Shown: one piece after another, positions 29,314-39,455 of the stretch | Layout: every line of letters starts with the position of its first letter | Numbering within the stretch: position 1 is the stretch's first letter | Source of the DNA: Shigella phage TB004 | Direction: 5' to 3' (one strand) | Sequence record: MW822011 | DNA length: 64,000 nt | Program-made: the position numbers and the translations under genes | Notes under the pieces: model-generated | Seen by the model: the letters and a program-made list of their open reading frames with translations, nothing else | Databases searched by the model: none | What the model was told of the DNA's origin: nothing

Positions 29314-30315
29314 ATGACTCGTAACGAATATATCAAATCATTCAATAGTGTTATTGATGATAAAGCTATACCGATGTTTGGTCAAAATAGCGTTATTTCT
29401 ATTATCAATCAATGGCTCAATAGTGTTGATGCAGGTATTGTTTCTTCTACTAAATTTATTCATGAAATTCGTAAAATTTCTAGTCGTGTAGATAAAGATG
29501 TTATCAAGAAAACCTTTAAAGAGTCTCGTCTTCTTTCATATTTGGTTAATCGTGATATTCTTGGTAATTTTGGGAAAGAAATTAAACGAACCAAAGATGT
29601 AGTAGGATATAATTGGTTCGGTGATGTTAATTCTTATCATCTTAATAATAAAGAAGACCCTGAGAATATTTTTACTCGTCGTTGGATTAGTAATTTCAGA
29701 CTTTTCAAAGGACAGATTCTAAAATCAGCTTCTAAATTATGTTATGGCGATTATCGTCAAATTCATCCCTTAGCTGATGATATGATTATCATAAAAGAAT
29801 ATGAACTTGATAAAAATAAAGTATCTATTTTTGTGAATTATGGATTTTTTACACCAGAAACTAACCAAAAGAACATTAATAAATTTTTCTCAATTGCTAG
29901 CACTATAACTCGTCAATTAGAAACCGCATTACTTTGTATGGAAACAGTAGAAAATATTCATACGTATCCTTTTAAGAATATATGCGGTTGGGAAGGATAT
30001 AAAATTGTAGTTAGTCTTCGTGAAGTGAAATGTGCGTACTCACCGACTGATAAAGAAATTTACCAACAAAAATGTGATGAAATTGTGAATACTCCTAAAG
30101 AAGAAATTACACTTGAGGAACTAATGGATAATCTTGATGATTCGCCTGAACCTGTAGAAATTCGTCCAGAAGTTATTGCACTAGAAAAGGCTTATAAAGA
30201 AGTTCTAGAAATTTCTAATAAAGCGCAGAAAGAATATGAGCAGGCTAAAAGGATTTGGGAAGAATCTGTTAATCGCCTGGATCGTCTTGAACAAGCTTTA
30301 CAGTTAATTAAGTAA
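29314..30315 (+). CDS. tandem paralog 3, C-terminal coiled coil
   Basis: 333 aa; own early promoter GTTTAC...TATAAT; SRLLSYLVNRDILGNF shared with paralog 4. Confidence 0.5.
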   Translation: MTRNEYIKSFNSVIDDKAIPMFGQNSVISIINQWLNSVDAGIVSSTKFIHEIRKISSRVDKDVIKKTFKESRLLSYLVNRDILGNFGKEIKRTKDVVGYNWFGDVNSYHLNNKEDPENIFTRRWISNFRLFKGQILKSASKLCYGDYRQIHPLADDMIIIKEYELDKNKVSIFVNYGFFTPETNQKNINKFFSIASTITRQLETALLCMETVENIHTYPFKNICGWEGYKIVVSLREVKCAYSPTDKEIYQQKCDEIVNTPKEEITLEELMDNLDDSPEPVEIRPEVIALEKAYKEVLEISNKAQKEYEQAKRIWEESVNRLDRLEQALQLIK

Positions 30316-30367
30316 TTTAAAGCCAAGGATGGCTCGGAGTATAAATCATTAACCAAGTGAGAAGAAC

Positions 30368-31297
30368 ATGAAAACTCGTAAACATTATATTGATTATTTT
30401 GACAGTCTTATTACTAAACACCGCAATTATCAGATCGGACACAGAGCAGTAATCAATAATATTCTTCGTGATTTCCTTCAATATGTTGGCCAGGAAAATC
30501 ATATCTGTAAAGATACTCAAAACGCTTATTCTCATTCGTTAGGTAATTTGCTCGAATGGTTTAAACGTTCTCGTTTATTATCTTCTACTGTGGCTCGCGA
30601 TAACATTAAAAACTTTATGAAGCCAAGCTTCATTAAAACTACGACATCTATAACCGATTTGGTTGAATTTACTATTGTTAACGATGTTAAAAAGACCCAT
30701 TTGGCTGATTGGTTATCTACCATTCCTGAAACTAAATTTGCTGATAAATTTGCTTGTCAATTCAATACCCAAGTGAATATGCTTTTTAAGCATGCTCGCA
30801 AACTATTTACCGCGGGCGATGACCGTACAAATACAGTTCATGTTAAGGATTGGGTTATTGCTGATGAAGTAACACACAAGCCAGGTGGTTCATCAGTGTT
30901 AATTAATATCCAGGTTCCTTATTATTACTCACGTAATCTCGGCACCATGACAGCTAAAGAAATTAATAAGCACAACAAAACTATTCGTTCGTTGTCTTAT
31001 AAACTTCGCATGATGTTAAAAATTATGGACGTAGTGGAAATGTATGACGAAATCGAAGATAATGGTTCAATGTTATACAGTTCACGCATTCTAATCAAAC
31101 TGAAGAACCTTAATGCATATAAGACAGTTGTAAAAGAGCCTAAAGTAGAAAAGGTTGATAACCTGAGCGAAGAACGTGAATATCTCAATGCTCGCTTAAT
31201 TGAAGTTGAAGCTCAGATTGCCGAACACACTAAATTGTTAAAAGCTCTTAATGCAAAAGCAAATGGTTTACGTAATGCTATTGAGGTATTGAAATGA
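30368..31297 (+). CDS. tandem paralog 4, C-terminal coiled coil
   Basis: 309 aa; SRLLSSTVARDNIKNF. Confidence 0.5.
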   Translation: MKTRKHYIDYFDSLITKHRNYQIGHRAVINNILRDFLQYVGQENHICKDTQNAYSHSLGNLLEWFKRSRLLSSTVARDNIKNFMKPSFIKTTTSITDLVEFTIVNDVKKTHLADWLSTIPETKFADKFACQFNTQVNMLFKHARKLFTAGDDRTNTVHVKDWVIADEVTHKPGGSSVLINIQVPYYYSRNLGTMTAKEINKHNKTIRSLSYKLRMMLKIMDVVEMYDEIEDNGSMLYSSRILIKLKNLNAYKTVVKEPKVEKVDNLSEEREYLNARLIEVEAQIAEHTKLLKALNAKANGLRNAIEVLK

Positions 31298-31611
31298 AAA
31301 AGCGTCTATTAGAAGATATTGCAGCTTCAAGTAATTCCAGTCTAATTAAAATTATTATGGCTGGTGAAGAAGACGATCTGGAAATGCGTGGAAAGATTCA
31401 TGGTTGTGACGATTTAGATTTTAAACCTCCAGCTTGGGATGCCATTATGGCTATGGTTGAACGCCGCGAAAGGGCTTCTAAAAACGTTCCTAATTGTCCT
31501 GAATGCGGTACTGAACAGGTTCAATTGGTCCATTGGCAGACTAGTATTCTTCGTTATAAATGTCGTCATTGCAAACACCGATTTGAGAGAGAAGAAAATG
31601 TCCAAGCGTAA
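31294..31611 (+). CDS. zinc-ribbon protein
   Basis: CPEC...CRHC pair near C-terminus. Confidence 0.45.
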   Translation: MKKRLLEDIAASSNSSLIKIIMAGEEDDLEMRGKIHGCDDLDFKPPAWDAIMAMVERRERASKNVPNCPECGTEQVQLVHWQTSILRYKCRHCKHRFEREENVQA

Positions 31612-31849
31612 AGAATATATGAAGACTGCTGAAATGGCAGTCCGCGAATTAGCAATAGCTTATTATTATGAACATGGTAAATTTCCTGATAGATACAGCG
31701 TGCTTAAATCTGCTTTAACTCGTTCATATAAAAATATGCTATCGGAAGTAAGTGATATTATATACAAACATAAAGAACAAACGGGCCAAAGTCTTGATTA
31801 CGACGAGACTTTTAAACAAGTACTAGGAATTAAGGAATATTATGTTTAA
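31598..31849 (+). CDS. hypothetical protein
   Basis: 83 aa from ATG 31598. Confidence 0.4.
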   Translation: MSKRKEYMKTAEMAVRELAIAYYYEHGKFPDRYSVLKSALTRSYKNMLSEVSDIIYKHKEQTGQSLDYDETFKQVLGIKEYYV

Positions 31850-32105
31850 AGTATATGGTTATGATAGCAACATCCATAAATGTGTGTATTGCGATAATGC
31901 AAAACGTCTTTTGACTGTGAAGAAACAGCCGTTTGAATTTATCAATATTATGCCGGAAAAAGGTGTTTTTGATGATGAGAAAATCGCTGAGCTTCTGACG
32001 AAACTAGGTCGTGATACTCAAATTGGTTTGACAATGCCACAAGTATTTGCTCCTGATGGAAGTCATATTGGTGGATTTGACCAATTGCGGGAATACTTTA
32101 AATGA
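31842..32105 (+). CDS. nrdC: thioredoxin/glutaredoxin NrdC
   Basis: 87 aa, CVYC active site; matches recalled T4 NrdC. Confidence 0.85.
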   Translation: MFKVYGYDSNIHKCVYCDNAKRLLTVKKQPFEFINIMPEKGVFDDEKIAELLTKLGRDTQIGLTMPQVFAPDGSHIGGFDQLREYFK

Positions 32106-32317
32106 TGCTCGAAGGAACTGATTATATCCATGACTACCGCGGAAGCGCGGTATATGTAGGTGATGAGGTTGCAGTTTATTACGGGTATGGAACTTTGATG
32201 ACAGCAAAGGTTATTCAAATTAAAAATAATCGTGCTAAACTCGAAGTTTACTATTCTAATGGTGAAAAGTCTATTTCTAAATGGAAATACGGCGATTGTA
32301 TGGTCAAACTGGGATAA
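32102..32317 (+). CDS. hypothetical protein
   Basis: 71 aa. Confidence 0.4.
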   Translation: MMLEGTDYIHDYRGSAVYVGDEVAVYYGYGTLMTAKVIQIKNNRAKLEVYYSNGEKSISKWKYGDCMVKLG

Positions 32318-32319
32318 AT

Positions 32320-32490
32320 ATGATTTACGATATTAGTGTATCAAGAACTCCGTCAATGGTTACTATTCCTGCTGAAGAATTAGATCGTCTTCAGAAAATT
32401 GAAGAACTTCTTTGGGAAATTGAATCTGATTTGCCATCAGGACTAGAATCCTGGATTGATTATGAAGAACTTAATAAGCTTCGGGGTTAA
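32320..32490 (+). CDS. hypothetical small protein
   Basis: 56 aa from ATG 32320. Confidence 0.35.
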   Translation: MIYDISVSRTPSMVTIPAEELDRLQKIEELLWEIESDLPSGLESWIDYEELNKLRG

Positions 32491-32594
32491 ACCTTGGTGG
32501 GCGGCTAGATGGGAAACAGTAGAGCCAGAGCCGGAAGAACCGGTTTACACTGATGAAGAAACAGTATATAATGAACCTACAATAAATGACATAA

Positions 32595-33059
32595 TTGATA
32601 TGGAGATGGGACATGATTACAGTAGATAAGTGGTTTAGAATTAATCGTGCTGATAAAGGGCTGTGTAATTATTGGCCGGAACTTAGTGCAGGTACTGTCT
32701 TTAAAGTTCGTGAACTTGCAAAAGAATGTGAAGATGATATAGAACCTGATACTGGAATTATTGAAATTGAACTTTCTGACGGAAAGATTATTAACATCTA
32801 CGATAAACCAATTACATATTGGTGCTTGTGGAATACTGAATCAGTAGAAAACGGCGAAATTGAAGAAGTCGTAGAACGAGTTGATCAAGCTCTTCATAAA
32901 CCTAAAGCTGGATTTCAAGGTGAACGCATTTCATATGCATTAGCTAAATTAGCTGCACAAGAAAATAACGATGGCTATGAAGGAAATTTGATGCAAGCTG
33001 CAGCAGAATATATTGAATGGCTTGAAACTCAAATTTCTTTTTCTGAACGAGCATTTTAA
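32595..33059 (+). CDS. hypothetical protein (possibly protease inhibitor Pin; start uncertain)
   Basis: 154-aa ORF adjacent to gene 49; assignment by position only. Confidence 0.4.
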   Translation: MIWRWDMITVDKWFRINRADKGLCNYWPELSAGTVFKVRELAKECEDDIEPDTGIIEIELSDGKIINIYDKPITYWCLWNTESVENGEIEEVVERVDQALHKPKAGFQGERISYALAKLAAQENNDGYEGNLMQAAAEYIEWLETQISFSERAF

Positions 33060-33107
33060 TACTTGAAAATAATAAATACCCTTATCTATTTAAGGTAAGG
33101 GTTTATT

Positions 33108-33581
33108 ATGTTATTGACTGGCAAATTATACAAAGAAGAAAAACAGAAATTTTATGATGCACAAAACGGTAAATGCTTAATTTGCCAACGAGAACTAAAT
33201 CCTGATGTTCAAGCTAATCACCTTGACCATGACCATGAATTAAATGGACCAAAAGCAGGAAAGGTACGTGGGTTGCTATGTAATCTCTGCAATGCTGCAG
33301 AAGGTCAAATGAAACATAAATTTAATCGTTCTGGCTTAAAGGGACAAGGTGTTGATTATCTTGAATGGTTAGAAAATTTACTTACTTATTTAAAATCCGA
33401 TTACACCCAAAATAATATTCACCCTAACTTTGTTGGAGATAAATCAAAGGAATTTTCTCGTTTAGGAAAAGAGGAAATGATGGCTGAGATGCTTCAAAGA
33501 GGATTTGAATATAATGAATTTGACACTAAAACACAATTAATAGCTTCATTTAAGAAGCAGCTTAGAAAGAGTTTAAAATGA
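33108..33581 (+). CDS. 49: endonuclease VII (Holliday junction resolvase) gp49
   Basis: 157 aa, Cys/His zinc motif CLIC...HLDHDH...CNLCN; matches T4 Endo VII. Confidence 0.9.
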   Translation: MLLTGKLYKEEKQKFYDAQNGKCLICQRELNPDVQANHLDHDHELNGPKAGKVRGLLCNLCNAAEGQMKHKFNRSGLKGQGVDYLEWLENLLTYLKSDYTQNNIHPNFVGDKSKEFSRLGKEEMMAEMLQRGFEYNEFDTKTQLIASFKKQLRKSLK

Positions 33582-35395
33582 CAATTGAAAAAGAAATTGA
33601 AGGATTGATTCATAAAACTAATAAAGACCTTTTAAACGAGAATGCTAATAAAGATTCTCGTGTTTTTCCAACTCAACGGGACCTTATGGCTGGTATTGTG
33701 TCTAAGCACATTGCCAAAAATATGGTCCCGTCTTTTATTATGAAAGCACATGAAAGCGGAATCATTCACGTGCATGATATTGATTATTCTCCTGCTCTTC
33801 CGTTTACTAATTGCTGTTTAGTAGATTTAAAAGGAATGCTTGAAAACGGATTTAAATTAGGCAATGCACAGATTGAAACTCCTAAATCAATCGGTGTTGC
33901 TACTGCAATTATGGCACAAATTACTGCACAGGTTGCTTCCCATCAATACGGCGGAACGACTTTTGCGAATGTAGACAAAGTACTTTCTCCTTATGTTAAA
34001 CGCACCTATGCAAAACATATTGAAGATGCAGAAAAATGGCAAATCGCTGATGCGTTGAATTATGCCCAATCTAAAACAGAAAAAGACGTATACGATGCGT
34101 TCCAAGCTTATGAATATGAAGTAAATACTCTCTTTAGTTCAAACGGACAAACTCCTTTTGTAACAATTACATTTGGTACGGGAACTGACTGGACTGAACG
34201 AATGATTCAGAAAGCAATTCTGAAAAATCGCATTAAAGGTCTTGGCCGCGACGGGATAACTCCTATTTTCCCTAAACTTGTTATGTTTGTTGAAGAAGGT
34301 GTTAATCTTTATAAAGACGATCCGAACTATGATATTAAGCAGCTTGCTCTAGAGTGTGCAAGCAAAAGAATGTATCCTGATATTATTTCAGCTAAGAACA
34401 ATAAAGCTATCACCGGTTCATCTATTCCTGTTTCTCCAATGGGTTGCCGTAGTTTCTTGAGCGTATGGAAAGATTCGACTGGTAATGAAATTCTTGATGG
34501 ACGTAATAATCTTGGCGTTGTAACACTGAATCTTCCTCGTATTGCATTAGATTCTTATATTGGAACACAGTTCAATGAACAGAAATTTGCCGAATTGTTC
34601 AATGAACGAATGGATTTGTGTTTTGAAGCATTGATGTGTAGAATTAGTTCATTAAAAGGAGTTAAATCTACTGTTGCTCCTATTCTTTACCAAGAAGGTG
34701 CATTCGGGGTTCGTCTTAAACCCGATGATGATATAATTGAGTTATTTAAAAACGGTAGAAGTTCAGTATCCCTAGGATACATTGGTATTCACGAATTGAA
34801 TATTCTTGTCGGTCGTGATATTGGTCAGGAAATTTTAACTAAAATGAATGCACATCTTAAGCAGTGGACTGAAAGAACTGGTTTTGCTTTTAGCTTGTAT
34901 TCTACACCTGCTGAAAACCTGTGTTATCGCTTCTGTAAACTCGATACCGAAAAATATGGAAGTGTAAAGGATGTTACTGATAAAGGCTGGTACACTAACA
35001 GTTTCCATGTTTCAGTAGAAGAAAATATCACTCCGTTTGAAAAGATTTCTCGCGAAGCGCCATATCATTTCATTGCGACAGGTGGTCACATTTCTTATGT
35101 TGAACTTCCTGATATGAAAAATAACCTAAAGGGTCTTGAGGCTGTATGGGATTATGCTGCACAACATTTAGATTATTTTGGTGTTAATATGCCAGTAGAT
35201 AAATGTTTTACATGTGGAAGTACCCATGAAATGACTCCTACTGAAAACGGATTTGTTTGTTCTATTTGTGGAGAAACTGATCCTAAAAAGATGAACACAA
35301 TAAGAAGAACATGCGGATATTTGGGAAACCCGAACGAACGCGGATTTAATCTTGGTAAAAATAAAGAAATCATGCATAGGGTTAAACACCAATGA
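33578..35395 (+). CDS. nrdD: anaerobic ribonucleotide reductase NrdD (uninterrupted)
   Basis: 605 aa; C-terminal glycyl radical motif RRTCGYLGNP; no intron break. Confidence 0.9.
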   Translation: MTIEKEIEGLIHKTNKDLLNENANKDSRVFPTQRDLMAGIVSKHIAKNMVPSFIMKAHESGIIHVHDIDYSPALPFTNCCLVDLKGMLENGFKLGNAQIETPKSIGVATAIMAQITAQVASHQYGGTTFANVDKVLSPYVKRTYAKHIEDAEKWQIADALNYAQSKTEKDVYDAFQAYEYEVNTLFSSNGQTPFVTITFGTGTDWTERMIQKAILKNRIKGLGRDGITPIFPKLVMFVEEGVNLYKDDPNYDIKQLALECASKRMYPDIISAKNNKAITGSSIPVSPMGCRSFLSVWKDSTGNEILDGRNNLGVVTLNLPRIALDSYIGTQFNEQKFAELFNERMDLCFEALMCRISSLKGVKSTVAPILYQEGAFGVRLKPDDDIIELFKNGRSSVSLGYIGIHELNILVGRDIGQEILTKMNAHLKQWTERTGFAFSLYSTPAENLCYRFCKLDTEKYGSVKDVTDKGWYTNSFHVSVEENITPFEKISREAPYHFIATGGHISYVELPDMKNNLKGLEAVWDYAAQHLDYFGVNMPVDKCFTCGSTHEMTPTENGFVCSICGETDPKKMNTIRRTCGYLGNPNERGFNLGKNKEIMHRVKHQ

Positions 35396-36231
35396 ATTAC
35401 GATAGATTTTATCCCTGTGATTTTGTGAATGATAAATTAACTTTAATATTTGAAGAAAATAATGATTTATTATTGTCATATGTTGATTTGATAATAAAAA
35501 ATTATAATAATCCTAAAATAAAGGGGAAAACGGAAGCACATCACGTGCTTCCCAAATCTATATTTCCTGAATATAAAACAGATAAATGGAATATTGTTAA
35601 TTTGTCATATTATGACCATGCATTGGCTCATTACTATTTAGCTAAAACAAGTAATAGTAAAATGTGTTATGCCTTTCATAGAATGATAAACTCGAATACT
35701 GATAGATTTAATACTGATGAATTGGATGAAATTTTTAAATTGTATTCCAAAGAAAGGGAATTATTTCACCGCTCTATGTCAAAATTATCGAAAAATATAT
35801 GGAAAGATGACGATTTTAGAAAAAGACATAGCGAACTAACTAAGTTAGCAATGCAAAAACCTGAAGTTAGAAATAAAACTTTATTAAATTTGTCAAATGC
35901 AATGAAAACTGATAAAGTTAGAAATAAAATTTCAAGGCTAACTAAGTTAGCAATGCAAAAACCTGAAGTAAAAGAAAAACATAGAAATTCATTAAAGCTG
36001 GCGTATGCAAATCCTGAGGTTATGAAAAGGAAACATCAGCGTCTTCGAGAAAAATATACTCTTAATTTATTTGGCGCATATAAAGATGGTGTTCTTTTAA
36101 AAACATTTAATTATATACCAGACGCAGCAAAATATTTTAATATTTCTAGCAAAGGAAATATTTTAAAATGTTTAAATGGCGAACGTAAAAGTGTTGAAGG
36201 CTATAATTGGAAATATATAAATGAATTATGA
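35392..36231 (+). mobile_element. HNH homing endonuclease gene between nrdD and nrdG
   Basis: HNH motif EAHHVLP...N...HALAH, repeated KLAMQKPEV (NUMOD3-like), C-terminal GYNWKY; start resembles nrdG start. Confidence 0.7.
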
Positions 36232-36691
36232 CAGAATATATCCGTGTTGCTTTGTTAATGGTCCTGGGTGCCGAACTGTTCTTTTCGTTACGGGGTGTTT
36301 GCATAAATGTGAAGGATGTTATAATAAATCAACATGGAATGCTAGAAATGGCGTTCCATTCACTGGTGAAACACTGGAACAATTAATTGAATGTTTGAAT
36401 AATGATTATATAGAAGGATTAACTATAACTGGAGGAGACCCTCTCTATCCTGATAACCGAGATGTTATTCATTGCATCGTTCAAACAGTAAAAAATCTTT
36501 ATCCCAATAAAAGCATTTGGTTGTGGACAGGATACAAGTTTGAAGATATTAAACAACTAGAAATGCTTAAATATGTTGATGTTATTATTGATGGGAAGTA
36601 TGAGAAAAATCTTCCGACCAAAAAGCTGTGGCGAGGTTCAGATAATCAGCGACTTTGGTCAAATACCGATGGGGTGTGGAAACATGATTAA
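36221..36691 (+). CDS. nrdG: anaerobic RNR activating enzyme NrdG
   Basis: 156 aa, radical-SAM C-x3-C-x2-C (CLHKCEGC). Confidence 0.88.
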   Translation: MNYDRIYPCCFVNGPGCRTVLFVTGCLHKCEGCYNKSTWNARNGVPFTGETLEQLIECLNNDYIEGLTITGGDPLYPDNRDVIHCIVQTVKNLYPNKSIWLWTGYKFEDIKQLEMLKYVDVIIDGKYEKNLPTKKLWRGSDNQRLWSNTDGVWKHD

Positions 36692-36805
36692 ATTGAATTA
36701 TATTATGGACACTATAAATGATATGATTTTTCATTTTGGTCCAGAATTTTATTCGCAGTATAGTTTAGTACTTATCAATGCTTGGTTAATCAATTAAGGG
36801 TAAAT

Positions 36806-37021
36806 ATGTATAAATTTCGTAAAGGTTTAGCTGATTTTCTTACAACCGTAACGTTCTTTTTGTTTATGGCAGTTGGTGCTATTTTTCTTATTCCTTTTAT
36901 TGCTATATTTTTCGTGATTAGCTTAATTTCTCCAGAAAAAGGCTTATCTTCTAGCGAATTCAATGAGCGTCTGGATAAAATTACTAACAAGCTGAATTCT
37001 GTTCTTGATAAAAAGGCTTAA
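36806..37021 (+). CDS. small membrane protein
   Basis: 71 aa, central TM helix. Confidence 0.4.
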   Translation: MYKFRKGLADFLTTVTFFLFMAVGAIFLIPFIAIFFVISLISPEKGLSSSEFNERLDKITNKLNSVLDKKA

Positions 37022-37023
37022 TT

Positions 37024-37335
37024 ATGATTAGTTTTGAGCAGTATGTGGTAGAGAGTTGGAAAGGTTTTGATATGTTCGGTAATGACTATTATTTCTATGA
37101 ATGTAGTCTAAATCCTAGTTTTTGGGCTGGACGTGAACGAGAACTCGAAGAAATTAATAACCGTGCTGAATTGTTAGGTGAATTACCTACGGTTTATTTT
37201 ACCTTTGATGCATCTGGATTTGTTATCCAGGTTTATTTTCCTGAAGAAAATTCTGGCGATGATTCTGTTAACCCGCCATACTGGGCTTATCAAGGAATTA
37301 TTTCTCGTGGAACAAAACTCGAACTTAAAGAATAA
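37024..37335 (+). CDS. hypothetical protein
   Basis: 103 aa. Confidence 0.45.
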   Translation: MISFEQYVVESWKGFDMFGNDYYFYECSLNPSFWAGRERELEEINNRAELLGELPTVYFTFDASGFVIQVYFPEENSGDDSVNPPYWAYQGIISRGTKLELKE

Positions 37336-37630
37336 GATTGAAGTCTATGGAATTCCAGATGAAGTAGGTCGTTGTCCTGGATGTCAATCAGTTACAAAAC
37401 TTCTAAAGGAGCTCAATGCTCCTTTTACTTTCTATAAAGTTCTTACAAATAATGGTAAGATTGAGTATGATCGTCCACTGATTGTATCTCTTGCTAAACG
37501 AGCTGGATTCACATCTCTTAACATTCGTTATCCAGTCATTTTCATCAATGATTCTAGACAAAAGAACATTAAACACTTCAAAGAAACTCTCATTTCACTT
37601 GGATATGATAGAGATATCATAGAAGACTAA
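37307..37630 (+). CDS. glutaredoxin-like protein (NrdH-like), start uncertain
   Basis: CPGC redox motif after KIEVYG; candidate starts GTG 37307 or ATG 37259, both inside upstream ORF. Confidence 0.55.
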   Translation: MEQNSNLKNKIEVYGIPDEVGRCPGCQSVTKLLKELNAPFTFYKVLTNNGKIEYDRPLIVSLAKRAGFTSLNIRYPVIFINDSRQKNIKHFKETLISLGYDRDIIED

Positions 37631-37633
37631 GAC

Positions 37634-37655
37634 AGGCCCTCTGGGCCTTTCTTTC
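37634..37655 (+). terminator. terminator-like hairpin
   Basis: AGGCCC-TCT-GGGCCT followed by T-rich tract. Confidence 0.5.
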
Positions 37656-37718
37656 TCACATTCTGTATATTACCATTCTAAGCTATCGTTCCCTTCTTAT
37701 CATTCCCTAAAATAATTT

Positions 37719-37748
37719 TCACAAAGTTGTTTACAAGAAGTTCAAACT
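37719..37748 (+). promoter_or_regulatory. early promoter
   Basis: TTTCACAAAGTTGTTTAC element and TATTAT -10. Confidence 0.45.
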
Positions 37749-37788
37749 ATGGTATTATTGACATATGAATTGCCTTTGAGGATTTGAT

Positions 37789-37965
37789 ATGGTTGATAAA
37801 GAGATTAAAAGGGACCAGTATTATCGTGTTAACGGACATATTGTTATTGTTACAGCAGTAGATGATCTAGATGTTCATTATACTGTACTTAAATGGAACA
37901 AACACATGATTTGTGACCGTGCTGTATTTAGTTCAGTTGCTAAGGAAATTAAACTCCATGGGTAA
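37789..37965 (+). CDS. hypothetical small protein
   Basis: 58 aa, GAGGA RBS. Confidence 0.35.
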   Translation: MVDKEIKRDQYYRVNGHIVIVTAVDDLDVHYTVLKWNKHMICDRAVFSSVAKEIKLHG

Positions 37966-38251
37966 AACGTATCGTCGTAAAGATTTAAAAGTACGTGATT
38001 ATGACTATTTCGGAAAGCGTAAAGCTCCTGATGGTGTAAGTCATAAAGATATGGTTGAAAACATTTTTCGCTCAGATAAATGGCGTAGAATGAAAGGCAT
38101 TGATTCAGAAGTTAAAGATGAGCTAAACCGTCAATTGCGTAGTGAAGTAAGAAAGTTGAAAAAATCAGTTTACATTGACGATGATTTTGATTACAATACT
38201 TCTCAACGAGTTGCTAAGCGTAAATCAAACGAGTGCTATCGTTACAGCTGA
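37958..38251 (+). CDS. basic small protein
   Basis: 97 aa, Lys/Arg-rich. Confidence 0.4.
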   Translation: MGKTYRRKDLKVRDYDYFGKRKAPDGVSHKDMVENIFRSDKWRRMKGIDSEVKDELNRQLRSEVRKLKKSVYIDDDFDYNTSQRVAKRKSNECYRYS

Positions 38252-38258
38252 GGAAAAT

Positions 38259-38390
38259 ATGAATATCAAACGAATGCTTTTTAAACAAGGATTATACACT
38301 TTAAATGTTGCTCCAAAAGGCGATACGACCAAGTGGTCAGTAAATGACTGGATTAAATTCATTGATGAAAACGGTAACTGGAAAATTTAA
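38259..38390 (+). CDS. hypothetical small protein
   Basis: 43 aa, GAGGAAAA RBS. Confidence 0.3.
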   Translation: MNIKRMLFKQGLYTLNVAPKGDTTKWSVNDWIKFIDENGNWKI

Positions 38391-38591
38391 ATGAATCCTG
38401 AATCTAAATTATCACAACGAATTGCTGAAGAACGTGCCAAATTTTTCCAGAACATGAAACACAATGGTATTGAGGATGAAGTTTTTCTAAATTGGTTCTG
38501 GAATAATAAGTATGCAGCATGTGAAGGAGCTTTGTCATTGTCAGTCGCAATGATGTACGAAGGCTGGAAAGGTGCCAAACGGTTTAGCTAA
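38391..38591 (+). CDS. hypothetical protein
   Basis: 66 aa, followed by terminator. Confidence 0.4.
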   Translation: MNPESKLSQRIAEERAKFFQNMKHNGIEDEVFLNWFWNNKYAACEGALSLSVAMMYEGWKGAKRFS

Positions 38592-38609
38592 GGGCTTCGG
38601 CCCTTTTTT
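38591..38609 (+). terminator. rho-independent terminator
   Basis: AGGGC-TTCG-GCCCT hairpin plus T6. Confidence 0.65.
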
Positions 38610-38644
38610 GGATAATAAAATTTTAACGTAATTGAGGATAATGT

Positions 38645-38971
38645 ATGACTATTCAAATTAAAAACGCCATCAATTCTTACGCATATGATAAAGTAGTTTC
38701 TTTGCTAGAAAAAGGCGATATTGTAACTCCTCAAATTTTGGATAAATGGGAAAAAGAGCTTCATCAGACGATGAAACAGAATGATCAGAAAATTGGGCGC
38801 AATACTGTCCGTGAATTGTTGGTTCAATATATCTTGTCAGAATTTGATGTTAAAGCTTTTGGTGTAGAATCTAAAGCTTATCAAAAGCGTGAAATTTCTG
38901 ATAAAACTATTCGTCGTATGAAAAATCAACGCAAGAAAAAATTTGCTGATCTGAAAATTACTAAGGCATAA
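38645..38971 (+). CDS. hypothetical protein
   Basis: 108 aa, GAGGA RBS. Confidence 0.45.
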   Translation: MTIQIKNAINSYAYDKVVSLLEKGDIVTPQILDKWEKELHQTMKQNDQKIGRNTVRELLVQYILSEFDVKAFGVESKAYQKREISDKTIRRMKNQRKKKFADLKITKA

Positions 38972-38973
38972 TT

Positions 38974-39189
38974 ATGAACGAAGCTCTTATTAACGATTTG
39001 CGTCTTGCTGGATATGAAGTAAATACAAACGGCATTGGTTTAACTCAAATTGAAGGAAATGGATTCATCCTTGAGTATGAATTTAGCCAATGGTGGTTAT
39101 ACGCTAATTACGGCGAATTGATTGAATACGTTGACCAATTTGATTCACTAGATGCAGCTCTTGAAGCGGCTAAGTTGATGAATGCATGA
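38974..39189 (+). CDS. hypothetical protein
   Basis: 71 aa. Confidence 0.4.
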   Translation: MNEALINDLRLAGYEVNTNGIGLTQIEGNGFILEYEFSQWWLYANYGELIEYVDQFDSLDAALEAAKLMNA

Positions 39190-39455
39190 AATTTATTAAT
39201 ATTTCTATTACTATTGAAAATTATGGAATTTTCTATGTTGACCAATATATGAAAATTTCATTTTTCCCAAATAAGACTGGTGTTGGATATTGGGAAAGCC
39301 ATGTTTCTGAATTAAATGAAAGCGAATATGTTAGCACACATGAAAAGTTTTTAGACTTTTTATATCATGCTGATTTAACTAGTCATTACATAGATATTCA
39401 TGAATTTAAAAAGATGATGGAGAAAGTGTTCCAAGCATACTGTTTACTTAGATAA
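39186..39455 (+). CDS. hypothetical protein
   Basis: 89 aa. Confidence 0.4.
   Translation: MKFINISITIENYGIFYVDQYMKISFFPNKTGVGYWESHVSELNESEYVSTHEKFLDFLYHADLTSHYIDIHEFKKMMEKVFQAYCLLR

Noticed and set aside
33578-35395. Group I intron and intron-encoded endonuclease within nrdD, as in T4
   Set aside because: nrdD is a single uninterrupted 605-codon ORF here with no internal stop or structured insertion, so no intron is present.
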